A stretch of 64,000 nucleotides of DNA from Phoronis australis. Taxonomy: Eukaryota; Animalia; Phoronida. The notes beneath the pieces were generated by a model. That model was given only the letters and a program-made list of their open reading frames with translations. It searched no databases and had not been told where the DNA came from. This document shows positions 16,101-27,392 of this stretch, piece by piece. The position numbers were made by a program, and so were the translations under genes. Numbering within the stretch: the stretch's first letter is position 1; every line of letters starts with the position of its first letter. The stretch lies in the NCBI GenBank assembly GCA_002633005.1, contig NMRA01000428.1, positions 83,335 to 147,334 on the forward strand, given 5' to 3'.

Positions 16101-19100
16101 TTGAAGAAATTGAGTCTCAAGAGAAATCATAAAAAAATAATTAAATGCTGCCTCCCCACTGTTCATCTAGACGGATTAGTTGTGTTTTGCTTATTGTTTT
16201 TTCTCAGGTGTTTCATAATTATATTTATACTTAGGTGCATTTGCTTATAGGTGCAGCTTCACATATTGGCAAGTGGAATTAGATACACACATTTGTGGTT
16301 ATCAGCTGTAAAGCATAATTTGGAATGATGGATTTTTGACAAAACTACCGGTAAAATCCAGCATTAACTTCACTAGACTTGTAGTTCCTGAGTATAAGAT
16401 TTAAATAGAGTGTAGAACGAGTTATTTGTATCTTGTTCTGAAGTGACAAATAACCCCAGTTTTGGGGTGGGTACAAGTTGTTTTTAATATTAACAAGTTC
16501 ATGTGTTGTTTGTATTAAAAGTTATTAAATAATGAACACTTTATATTCTTGCAATTGTTTTGGTGTGGTAAGGGCTGTCTGTATTTTTCTTGTGTTACCT
16601 GCCAATCAGTCAATGGCACTATTGACGAGTGCTGTCAAAATTTGTAAAATGTTAGAAAAAATGACTCTGTTTAATACTGTTCTATGAAATATTGAAAACA
16701 TGATAAAGCAAAACAGAACATGTTATAAAGCTCAAAATGCAGACATAACGAAAAATGTTATTTATTTCCAGGGAAAATTTGAAAAATTGTTGTACATGGT
16801 CAATGTAAAAGGTCATACTCAAATACCAGCTGTCAATCTTGTTTGCATGATTGTTAATCCCTGTGTATTGTCAATGTTTTTATTGTGGTCATGGTGTTTG
16901 CAGACATTGTACCTAACGTGGTCTACACCAACATATCCATACAACTGACCAATGACAACGATGAACCAATCCTCTACTTTGCACCGCATGACTTTGCCGA
17001 ACACTTCAATTATACGACAGAAGGCGGGAAAGACTCTAAATATGACGTGAGTCAACAGCAGACGGCATTGTTGACAGGAACATCCTCTGTATTGTTGACA
17101 GGAACATCCTCTGTATTGTTGACAGGAAAATCCTCTATATTGTTGACAGGAAAAGCCTCTGTATTGTTGACAGGAAAATCCTCTGTATTGTTGACAGGAA
17201 AATCCTCTGTATTGTTGACAGGAACATCCTCTGTGTATTGCAAAGTTGTGGTCAGAATAAACATGGCGAGAAATGGGGGAATTCTATTTTTTCTCAAAAC
17301 ATACGATTTATCAAATATACAATCAGATGTCATATTCTATAAGTGTATGAATCTTTATTTTACAATATGTAATAATGAAATTTTCTATTTGAGCAAGCTA
17401 TGGAATATTACCTTAATTAAGTTTTTGTTTAAAAATGAAAAATTCGGGAAGCAAAAATTATTTTGTATACTGATACTGCCAACTATTAACTGCTGACCTC
17501 AAACTGCTGACCTCAAACTGCTGACCTCAAACTGCTGACCTCAAACTGCGCCTATGGTTATAATGATGGTAAAGAAATTAGACCCAGTATCCACATTTTA
17601 GTTTTCGGCTCAGCATTCTTCAGAGTTCAAGTGAGGTCAAATGACCTACTGTGACTCAAGGATTAAGTAGTTAATACATCTACCTGGAGGTGTTGAGGAG
17701 TTGTGTGACGCCTGTTATTCAGTAGAGAAAACTGGTTTCCTCGTCCACTTGCAGGTTGTTGTGGAGAATGTGGTGACGTCCGTCACCTTTGGCACGGTGC
17801 TAGTCTACGATGTTGACGCTCTCAACACATTCACTATCACAATAGATGAGACTGGCCTCAATGAGACACAGTTCAAACTGGAGACTAAAGAAGTGAAAGA
17901 CTTCGAGAGCATCAAAAAACATATCGTGGTCCCATTCACCATGTCTTACGTGACCACATGGTACGCCATCCAGGTCAAGGTGAACTTCCCAAAGGGTTAC
18001 TACGGTAACCTTACCATGGGTTTGATGGCGAAAGATCAGGACGGTGTCTTCTCAGGAGGTGAGTGCAAACACTAGCATAATCTACAATACTGTGGTCTCA
18101 TTTGATAATATTAAATAAAGATCCCTTTCGGAGCTGAAAAGCCAGGGATCTTTATAACCAAAGGAAGCCAAGAATATACTTGACTCGTCTGTTGACTGGT
18201 AAGCCATGTTGGGTTCATTTTGAGTGGAGAAACCTATCATGTAGTAAATGTTCACACATAGATGGTTACTTTTGGAAACAGCTAAACAAAAATTTTGAGT
18301 GAATCTGTCAACTATTTGAAAAGTACCGAAGTGAATAAGTCATGCGAAACTGCACAACAGAAATGAAAATCATTTATTAAATGAGCAATGCAAAAGCCAT
18401 GCTTCTAAGGGCGTTTCTTGTCATCATGCAATATATGAAGTAAAAACGCCACTTAGGGATTTAAATGGAATGAAATTCATTTGCCAAATATTGTGAACAT
18501 CCATCAAAGAACATATCTCTAAATTTTAGAGCAGCCAATGCCACATGTAATTAAAATATAATTTGTCAATTCTAATTTGCGTCTCTTTTTTCAGGTATTT
18601 ACTTGAATGTCTATGTTCGTGACAACCCTTGTGTCCATGGCAACTGCAGCGGTCCACCAATAGTCAAACTTCCCTGTGTCCAAGGCAATTGCAGTCTTTC
18701 ATGCAACCCTGGCAACTGCTCAGCCTCCTGTGTAAGGGGTAACTGTTCTGACAACTGTGACTTTGGTAACTGTACTGGTTGTAGTCCAGGAAATTGTCAT
18801 GCTAACTGCACGGTGTTACCAGAATGTGCGCCGTGTTTCAACGCCAGCTTGAACGCCAGTTGTCCCAGCCAATGCACTGTTCTTGGCTGCCACAACTGTA
18901 CACTGGGAACGTGTGGCGACTGTTACCCTGGCAACTGCACTGACTGTGTTCGCAGCAACTGCTCCAACTGTGACTTTGGAAACTGCACAGAGCACTACGC
19001 CACCTGTGTGAAAGGCTACTGCCCGCCAACGACTGGGGATCCTTTCTGTACAACCAAAGATCGTGCATATGGCTTCCATAATATGGGGTATTCCTGCAAG

Positions 19101-22100
19101 TGTGAATTAGGTTACACAGGTAAGTGGGGCTCTCTATTACGGGGGGTTATATGACGTTCAAAATATAAATTTTTCTTTAATGCTGTATTGATTGATGCAA
19201 TACCTTGAGTGTAGTACTTATCTATGTTTTGCTTTCACTGAAAGTGGAGGACATACACTGTGCACCACTACTGGTCTGAAAGTGAAGAACATACACTGTG
19301 CACCACTACTGGTCTGAAAGTGAAGAACATACACTGTGCACCAATACTGGTCTGAAGGTGGAGAACATACACTGTGCACCAATACTGGTCTGAAAGTGGA
19401 GAACATACACTGTGCACCACTACTGGTCTGAAAGTGGAGAACATACACTGTGCACCAATACTGGTCTGAAAGTGGAGGACATACACTGTGCACCAATACT
19501 GGTCTGAAAGTGGAGGACATACACTGTGCACCAATACTGGTCTGAAAGTGGAGGACATACACTGTGCACCAATACTGGTCTGAAAGTGGAGAACATACAC
19601 TGTGCACCAATACTGGTGTGATTGGTGTTGAATTGTCCAACAGGCAGCTTTACCCATCCTGATGGTCAAGTACAAAATTAAATAATGCAATCCACCTTCA
19701 AGTAGCAGCAATGGTGACACGGAATTCTGTCAAGTTATTTTTTTTGGTTTACTATGGAATGAGTTTCATCAATGAAAAGATATCACTGAAAGAAGATTTA
19801 TAGTAATTAACATTTCGGTAAAACCAACTAATTGTATTAATTTGCATTTTTATTGTCAAATTGTTCTCAGCTCATAGTTATGAGGAAGTGAAGTTAAATG
19901 CTGCCATACCACTGTGGTGGCCATTTTTAGATGAACCACAAGGATTTGAAATATTCAAGTTAACACTTTTGAAAATTCTGTTTGTTATGAGTATCATTTG
20001 GGAAAAAGACTTGCACGCTTGGTTTATTATTAAATTCCTTTTGACAAAGATTTTTATCTCATGGAAGTTTTAAGAGTATCTTTGAAGATGTCATGGCAGT
20101 ACTGTCTGTGGTGCTGAACAGACTGAGCTTTACAAAGTAAAAACTGATGGCTGCAGACAAGCAAAACAGTTTTGTTGTCAGGATTTAAAGAAAATGATGC
20201 AAAGTACTTTGAACCACCTGACTGTCAAGATATTTATGCTATACTTATATAACTCATAAGACTTGAAAAGAATGCGCAAAAAATGTAGGTGACTTTTGAC
20301 AGTATTAAATGAGCGTGGTGACATTTATCACTCCAGGTAAAGACTGTGAAATCGAAATCGACGAGTGCACGTCCAACCCTTGTCCGAACTACCACTTATG
20401 TGTTAATCACGTGGCGTACTACGATTGCGTGTTTGATCGTCAGGCCGTGGACGCCACCATCTCCGCCATGTTAACTGGTGTTGGTGCTGGTGTTGGTGTC
20501 CTCGCATTTATCCTCCTGGTGGCCATTGCTGCTGTTGCAGTTTTCTTCTGCCGTAGACGGTAAGTACGAGAGGATAACATAAAACAGGAATTTTGAATAG
20601 AGTATCACGCACTTAATGTTTGACGGCTTTTATTTTTTTCCAAAAAGGATAATATGAGGTAAGAAGAAAGTTTGGTTGAAGGTCAGACATAATTTTCCCA
20701 CCTGCAAATTACCTAATTATCTACATAGGCCTTAGTCAATACTGATCCTGTTTGTGAAAGTACACAATCTTCGGCAATTTTTAAAAGTGCTATAAACGTA
20801 GTTTCTTTGTTTGACAACACAACATGGCAGGGTAGTGAAATTTTGAATTTTCAAACGATGTCCTCGTTATTGACCCTGTACTGCTGTTGTCAACACATGA
20901 TGAACTCCCTCATTATTGACCCAGTACTGCTGTTGTCAACACATGATGAACTCCCTCATTATTGACCCAGTACTGCTGTTGTCAACACATGATGAACTCC
21001 CTCATTATTGACCCAGTACTGCTGTTGTCAACACATGATGAACTCCCTCATTATTGACCCAGTACTGCTGTTGTCAACACATGATGAACTCCCTCATTAT
21101 TGACCCAGTACTGCTGTTGTCAACACATGATGAACTCCCTCATTATTGACCCAGTACTGCTGTTGTCAACACATGATGAACTCCCTCATTATTGACCCAG
21201 TACTGCTGTTGTCAACACATGATGAACTCCCTCATTATTGACCCAGTACTGCTGTTGTCAACACATGATGAACTCCCTCATTATTGACCCAGTACTGCTG
21301 TTGTCAACACATGATGAACTCCCTCATTATTGACCCAGCACTGCTGTTGTCAACACATGATGAACTCCCTCATTATTGACCCAGTACTGCTGTTGTCAAC
21401 ACATGATGAACTCCCTCATTATTGACCCTGCACTGCTGTCATCAACACATGATGAACTTTTGGGCATTACCAACAATACAGTCAGCTTTTGGAAATTTTG
21501 ATGTTATTATTTTTGTTTGAATTTTTACAAATATTGCTGTAACAACCTCACTCTGTTGTGTTCGTAATTATGCTTTTGTCAGTTCAGTAGGTGGACCCTT
21601 GATACTGCAGATATTGTGTTCTGTAAAAGTTGAGTGATGTTACAACACATGGTAGTAACAGAATGACTTGCAATATCCTGTTATGACTACTGACTACAGG
21701 TGGCGCTATAACTATGATGTGATTTGGACTTGGAAATGCATTCACATGACATCAATAGTTCATACTGACTACAGGTGGCACTATAACTGTGATGTGATTT
21801 GGACTTGGAAATAGAAATAGAATGCATTCAAATGACATTATCAAATTAGTTCCCAAAGTTTTCAAGGTATTTTTCAGCTTCACGTTGCCATGGGGCCATT
21901 AGGTACCTGAAAATGCAGTGTTTCATTGCTCGGTAATAATTTTCAAAGTGCTCAATACTTACCTAGTCAATGAATGCGCTGGATAAATAATGACCTAATT
22001 AATTGTTAGAACTTAATAGGAATTTTGGTCCTAAACGTTAGAATGATGCCATATGAAATGTGGAAATAATACAAAATTTATGGGTTGTTTTAGATATGCC

Positions 22101-25100
22101 CACAAGGCTCTCAGCGAATCATCGTCTGAGTCGAATGAAAAGGATGTGTCCGAACCGTCAACAAGCAAATTTAGTGAAGAGGAGTCTCACGGTTCCGTTT
22201 TCACTGGTCAGTTGAACTCTCGCTTTGTGATGCCCAAGTTCAAGAACACATTCTCTAAGTACACCAAGTACTTTGGAGGCTCGCGACGCAAGAAAAGGGA
22301 ACCAACCAATGACTTGTGAGTAGTGTGCGCCTTTATCCATGGTGTAGGTAAACCTCTGTGCATCATTAAGCCAGTGACACCCCAGGGGGTCGACTTGAAA
22401 TTGTTAAGATATAGAAGAGCGTTGTTTCTGCGGGCTATTATGTAATAACGCCCATGTTCGATTGAAATCTCACTCCCAAAGCTTTCAAGTTTTCTCTTTT
22501 AATTCCCTAATTTGATTTTTCTTTAAAACTGATTTGTCTGTGAACAACCATCTCGTGAAAGCTTCAGCTCTCAAAATGTACCAACCTTCGCCATGTTCAT
22601 GCTGGAAAAACACCGTGATGTGAAATGGTTCTTTTCGGTTCATGCTCATTTTTAATATTATGATCATGCTTGTGTGTACTGGAAAATGATGGAAGTCAAT
22701 CACTTTGTCTCAGCAAATTGTTTTGATATTGGGTAAGCACTCATAGCTGAAGGCTCACCCTCTGCTCAAAGCCCACCCTCTGATTTTGTGATTCCTTATT
22801 TAACTCGTACAAGTACGGTATATTTGTACACAACTGGGCTGAGTTGCATAAAGCTTAAAAAGTTATCAGGGCTGAGTTGCATAAAGCTTCAAAACATATA
22901 AGTTTGATTGTTGCACGACGTCAGGTTCATTGTTTAACAATAACAACGTGACACGTGATAATGCGACATCATTGTTGCTATATGGCGTATAAATTTTATG
23001 CAACTGAGCCCAGCTGGATAAGTTGTCCAACAATGACAATGTGACGCGTGAATATGCGACTTCATTGTTGCTATATGGCATATAACTTTTATGCAGCTGG
23101 GCCCTGGTTTTGGATTTGCTTCAATTTGTCTGTAGCACGAACTTCTTCGTCAATTCAATGGCACTTAAACCAGCCTAGAATAGCCTATTGTGGTTTCTAT
23201 TATGTGTGCACATATATTAACGTTATATGTGGGTATTTTGTGTCGTAATCTCCCCGTCCATTTGTCCACTGTTTCCTCAGCTTACACTGCTGTATACATT
23301 CAAATCCACTTGTTGTATGTTCATTAAGTTTAGAAGAGATGTTCTATCAGGGGTGGAGTGGCGTAAGCAGATTTTGAGATGTATTTGACGGCCGCCGAGT
23401 CCCCCTAGTGGCAATTTTAATTTTTTACATTGCTCAGTTCCTTCTGAGATCCTTAACATATTCCTGCGCTATCTAGTGGTAATATTTATTTATTTATTCA
23501 TCAGTCTTTTTCTTGACATCTATCTCTCTATTTGCCAATTATTAACTACTTTTGTCATAATCATGAAATCCTGCTGCTAAGTCCATGATTTTCAAAAAGT
23601 TTTGCTATGGTGCCTCCTAGTGGCAATTTTTTGCCTGTGTATATATGTTCCAGATCGTGAAATTCGGTATCTTTTTCTATTGTGTTCGCCTTGATCATTT
23701 TCAAGTACCGTCATGGATGTTAGTGAAATTGTAGATGGCAGCACTTGCCTGGTTGCACGCAGATTTGACCTACATTGTGTACCATAATAGTTTCATTGTG
23801 AACCACAATAGCGTTGTTTTACACTATAATAGCCTTGTTGCGCACCATAATAGCACCGTGGTGCCCACTAGTGGCCTCTTATGTTTACTTGTTCTTTGTT
23901 GTCCTACTCCCATTCTCTAAAATGTGTCAACAATCATGATAAAAGTGGTAGGTGCGTTCACATTGAGGAGAGCATTGCTAATTTGCTTTGCTTTCATAAG
24001 ATATTGTAAAAGAGTGTTTTCAGTAAGTGGGAATGTTTCAAATTATGGTCATCCCTTGTATCTTCACTGCATGTGATGGGCATGGTGCGTGTGTGTCAAC
24101 TCATTGCATTGAGCCAACAGAACTATAATAGGTAATACATACTCATTGCCTACTTTGTTTTAGCCCTGGGCCTGTAGAACCGATGCCCGACTATCACATC
24201 AATCCGAGCTATGAACTTTATGGAGACGACGATGACGATAGCATGAGGAACGGCAATGGTCGAAAAGGTCGTCATGGCAAGGAACCAACACAGGGTCACC
24301 CTCGAGATACCAATGTGCCTGAGGGTAACATGTACGACTACCCCGCTCTTGGGGTAGGACATCGCTCCAGGTCAGTACTGACCAAAGATTGTTAGGACAG
24401 TCACTATAATTACCTGTACTAGGAAACATGACTGTCCTTAAGTTCAGTTCCGTTCTGTTGTTGACATGTTTTTTATTTTTTTGTCGAATTGATCTCTGCA
24501 TTTCACACTGCATGGTTAACACAAGTCTGAATTCGCACATCAATAACCTCATTAAATTCAGAAGCAGTTTGTTGTGTCTACGACCGTTTCGATGTTGGTA
24601 ACAGCCTATTACAGTAACTGAGATATATGATATTGTTTTTGCAAAAGTGAACCTTACAATTTCATTTTTGTTTTTTAGGAGGTTAAACAATTTCTTTTTA
24701 AGTGTCACTTAACGCTCACAGGATACGGATCACATTTTGGCTTAATTTCAGGCTGGAACAAATCGACAGTGGCATCCTACTGCCGAGAGTTCGTAGAGAG
24801 GAGATAAAGAAATCTTTCAACAGGTATCATGGTGTAGCTCTTGCTTGATAAGGGATTGTGTCACCTTGGTGTAAAGATGGGAAAAAAGTTATGACTACTT
24901 ACTATGGTCACATCTCACCAATTTCATACAAAAGTAATAAATAGTCAAAATTACATTTTACCATTTTTCAAAGGCTTTAAACATTGTTACGATGTTTCAA
25001 ACCGTTGTCTGGTAGTAACATAAAGTATCATTTCACTGACACAACTTTCATAACCAAAACACAGACCAGGTGCAGAACCAATTAAATTGCTTTCTTAGTC

Positions 25101-25242
25101 AAAAAACTTGTTTTAACAATTTCACTCATCCTAGTAAGCAGCAGAGAATGTGTTCTTCTGCTTTGTGCTGTGTTTAATCTTTATTTGTGCTGTTACAAAA
25201 CCTAGAATTTCATCCGCATGTTTTCATAATTGCAGGGTTTAA
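981..25242 (+). CDS. Gene 1 (5'-partial, multi-exon): type I transmembrane protein with furin site, two cadherin/Big_9-like domains, EGF domains, TM helix and NPxY tail; join(981..1172,3265..3342,4964..5111,7414..7550,7734..7831,14692..14847,15867..16080,16904..17046,17755..18058,18595..19119,20337..20559,22094..22315,24164..24370,24752..24823,25236..25242)
   Basis: 14 exons bounded by AG/GT join in consistent phase into one open frame of ~900 aa; recognisable EGF, TM and cadherin-like motifs. The start lies upstream of the window and the terminal exon is uncertain. Confidence 0.85.
1277..1511. mobile_element. MITE-like element
   Basis: Imperfect TIRs CAGGTTTAATCTTTGTACT / AGTACAAAGATTAGTCCCTG. 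Confidence 0.5.
1749..2721. other. Assembly gap
   Basis: Run of N, flanked by a CAGGGGCAGATCCAGG MITE-like end and a minisatellite. Confidence 1.
2722..3115. repeat. 41-bp minisatellite, ~9.5 copies
   Basis: TGTAGTAAGAGATATTAATTAAGTGTTACCATGGTATAGGC. Confidence 0.95.
3265..3342 (+). CDS. Gene 1 exon (ASDKSASLGSSKKTFNIAGGQITGS)
   Basis: tttttcag / gtaatt, phase 1-1. Confidence 0.75.
4964..5111 (+). CDS. Gene 1 exon (GSGGLLYGELSKDD...SRRIMF)
   Basis: ctgcag / gtaagt, phase 1-2. Confidence 0.8.
7414..7550 (+). CDS. Gene 1 exon (LNTAVKSIFVAG...IPAILYYDP)
   Basis: tttcag / gtact, phase 2-1. Confidence 0.8.
7734..7831 (+). CDS. Gene 1 exon (VAGMFKELCESC...KKTVSDR)
   Basis: ctttag / gtatgt, phase 1-0. 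Confidence 0.8.
11403..11528. repeat. 31-bp minisatellite, 4 copies
   Basis: TGAGTCATTATGAAACATTGGTCTCACATAT. Confidence 0.95.
11855..12941. repeat. ~543-bp tandem duplication joined at a single N (12398)
   Basis: 11855-12397 vs 12399-12941 are nearly identical. Confidence 0.9.
14014..14191. repeat. 19-bp minisatellite, ~9 copies
   Basis: GTTAGACGCATAACAGTA(C/T). Confidence 0.95.
14692..14847 (+). CDS. Gene 1 exon with furin site (ICSTWTQVNSSSSSSTRRKRSA...YLTNVQ)
   Basis: ttatag / gtagaa, phase 0-0, RRKR motif. Confidence 0.8.
15867..16080 (+). CDS. Gene 1 exon, cadherin/Big_9-like domain (FEDF...DTEGD...PPHG...IHYTPYKDF)
   Basis: ccacag / gtaagc, phase 0-1. Confidence 0.85.
16904..17046 (+). 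CDS. Gene 1 exon (DIVPN...NDNDEP...DSKYD)
   Basis: ttgcag / gtgagt, phase 1-0; cadherin-like xNDxP linker. Confidence 0.85.
17067..17234. repeat. 24-bp minisatellite, 7 copies
   Basis: ATTGTTGACAGGAA(C/A)ATCCTCTGT. Confidence 0.95.
17489..17549. repeat. 14-bp tandem repeat, ~4 copies
   Basis: AACTGCTGACCTCA. Confidence 0.9.
17755..18058 (+). CDS. Gene 1 exon, cadherin-like domain (VVVEN...VYDVD...AKDQDGVFSG)
   Basis: ttgcag / gtgagt, phase 0-1. Confidence 0.9.
18595..19119 (+). CDS. Gene 1 exon, EGF-like domain with Cys-rich CxxGNC insertion
   Basis: ttttcag / gtaagt, phase 1-1; NPCVHGNC...YSCKCELGYTG. Confidence 0.9.
19238..19617. repeat. 38-bp minisatellite, ~10 copies
   Basis: ACTGTGCACCAATACTGGTCTGAAAGTGGAGAACATAC. 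Confidence 0.95.
20337..20559 (+). CDS. Gene 1 exon, Ca-binding-type EGF (EIDECTSNPC) plus transmembrane helix and RRR stop-transfer
   Basis: ctccag / gtaagt, phase 1-2; hydrophobic GVGVLAFILLVAIAAVAVFFC. Confidence 0.9.
20867..21458. repeat. 46-bp minisatellite, ~13 copies
   Basis: TTATTGACCCAGTACTGCTGTTGTCAACACATGATGAACTCCCTCA. Confidence 0.95.
22094..22315 (+). CDS. Gene 1 cytoplasmic exon (YAHKALSES...KREPTND)
   Basis: ttttag / gtgagt, phase 2-2. Confidence 0.8.
22837..23103. mobile_element. Nested pair of Harbinger-like MITEs (inner copy 22870-23010)
   Basis: TIR GGCTGAGTTGCATAAA; outer TSD CTG, inner TSD CAG. Confidence 0.75.
24164..24370 (+). CDS. Gene 1 cytoplasmic exon with NPxY (HINPSY) and YDYP motifs
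   Basis: ttttag / gtcagt, phase 2-2. Confidence 0.8.
24752..24823 (+). CDS. Gene 1 cytoplasmic exon (LEQIDSGILLPRVRREEIKKSFN)
   Basis: tttcag / gtatca, phase 2-2; the only open frame. Confidence 0.65.
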
Positions 25243-27170
25243 AGGTGCAGAGAGATAACACTCCAGACAGAGATGGGTGAAGTTAGGCTGATGATATGGA
25301 ATTTCATGACGCTGAACCAGACTAATGTCAAATTTATTGCTTATGTTATCAAGATATTTACTAATTTTACTAACCACAGTATTTTAAGAAACTGTCTATT
25401 CTTGTGCAATTTAGTCCAAGTTAGTTTTGACCCTACAGAAATGTCCAAAATTGTCCAACTTTGGAATATCACATTTCACAAATGATTGTTAGATTATTCA
25501 GATTCTGTGGTTTGTGTGCCGTTCTCCAAAAAACTGTTAGGAATTTTTTAGAACGTCTGACTTATGCATAAGGTGCATCAACTAAGGTCTATTATAGTTT
25601 TATCCTGCTTTGCGCATAATATGATGTGCAAATGAAATTTATTTTTTCATTTTTTTGTACCTGATTTCCGATGGCCTGTCTTTAATGTTCCTGGTCGTCT
25701 TCAAATTTAACCATTCAGTCATGCTTATATTGGGGTATGTACTCTGATTTAAATGTTTCCATTTGTTATTAACCTTGAAGATGGGTCTTACATTCAAATC
25801 ATTCTGTATTTTGAATTTAATTTTATCACTTACTGTTTTAGCTGTGCTGGTCAGCCTAATTTTCAATAGACCAAGTTTGTATAAAGCCCCCTCTGTTGGT
25901 CACACACTATTGCTTGTTCACGAAACACATCTACTATGTCAGTGATATCAACTAGTCACCAGATTGGGACGATTTGTTTTAGATAAAGACAAACAATTGT
26001 GTATAACCAACAGAGGGCACTACATGAACCTTCTCTATTCAGTGCTGTGAATGTTCATTTTATTCTTCTGACATTAACTTGTTGACAGTTTTATTAATAT
26101 ACGGTAATGTCATAGTTATGTGTTACCCTATAATAATCTCAAATGTATGGTCAGACCCAATGAAAGTTTTTCAAATGAAATTCTTTTATACTTTGTTTTA
26201 TTGGGTGTCCTTCAAAATTCTGTTATGAATTGTTTTTAATCTTTTACATGAACTGCTATCAAATGTTGGACTTTTAGGATGTTTGTGTATGTCCAACAGA
26301 GGGCACTACATGATGTTTGTGAAAAAATGAACATGCATAAGTAAAACTAAACTGAAAATGTACTCTTACGATTTGCCGGTATTTGGCTAAAGCACAGACT
26401 TGTCAACAAGGTTTTTCATATAATCTTGAATTTGGTACTCTTACTGCTTACATTTTTTAATTTTTGCAAAAATCTGGCATGCTTTTGTATTTGTGTAATC
26501 AGTGAATTAAATTTGTTAAGCAAACCACCAGGCAGTGTAGTCTCTGACTCGAGCCATTTAGGAAGACTTGCTTCAGTCATCCATTAGTTTTAACAAACAC
26601 CAAGTTCTTGTCCAGGACAGTTGGAACATATCCTCCACTGCTTTCTGTACACCCAAGAACTATGAGAAAAAGCAAGAACACCCGAAGTCTAATATTGCGA
26701 GATATCAACATACATTATTAGCAAAACATGTTGTCTCCAGCCTTTCAATCATCTTTAGTCCAGGCCGGTAACCCAGCCCTGCTCAATGTGCAATGCAACA
26801 ACCTCATACACAGGGTGTTTGTGAAATAATAACTAACAAACTGCTTTGGTCACCTCTGGTGTACTAAACCACTCCTGGTTACATACCTACACGTCGACCC
26901 AGATGCAACTTTTAGAAGTAATCCGCAGATTAATCTGGACTTGTTTTGAGGGCGCAACGACTTGAGATTTGCGAGGTTCCCCAAACTGGTTCCCCGACAG
27001 ACGATTTGTGAAGGCGAAGTGTGGTTGTGTAAATCGCCATTAGGTTTTTTGGAGGTTTGAAGGACAAGTCTCGGTCAATTTGTTTATTGTCGTATGACTA
27101 CGCTTCAGCCATAAAATTGGCAAATCTGGACTCAACACACATGTATCTGAACGAAAGTTTCTTGAAAACA

Positions 27171-27392
27171 CTTGCACGCACCCAGTCTAAAATATAGGGG
27201 GGGCTCGATTTTTTGACAATGTGGACCTTTTACTAACAAAAAACGGGGGACTAAAAACATGGTACCACGTTTAGAATTGTCATTGCGCCTTTTAAGTGGA
27301 CTTTTGTCTCGGGTTATTGGAATTTTTGTTTCTTAGTGAGACCTTTTTGGTCACTTCGACCAAACTCCTCCCTTCCCCTGGGTGCGCGCCTG
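27171..27392. mobile_element. Non-autonomous hAT-like MITE
   Basis: Ends GCACGCACCCAG / CTGGGTGCGCGCCTG; GGGGGGCTC...GGACCTTTT subterminal sequence resembles the left end of the hAT at 56758. Confidence 0.5.

Noticed and set aside
19218-19720. Repetitive ORFs here and at 392-626, 17052-17333, 36669-37121 and 42442-42915
   Set aside because: Translations of minisatellites, with no splice or domain support.
20867-21458. CRISPR-like regular array
   Set aside because: Units are contiguous and identical with no unique spacers; eukaryotic intron; no cas genes.
25236-25290. Longer terminal exon for gene 1 (GLKVQRDNTPDEM)
   Set aside because: Out of phase with the preceding exon; in phase it reads RV-stop. 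The 3' end remains uncertain.
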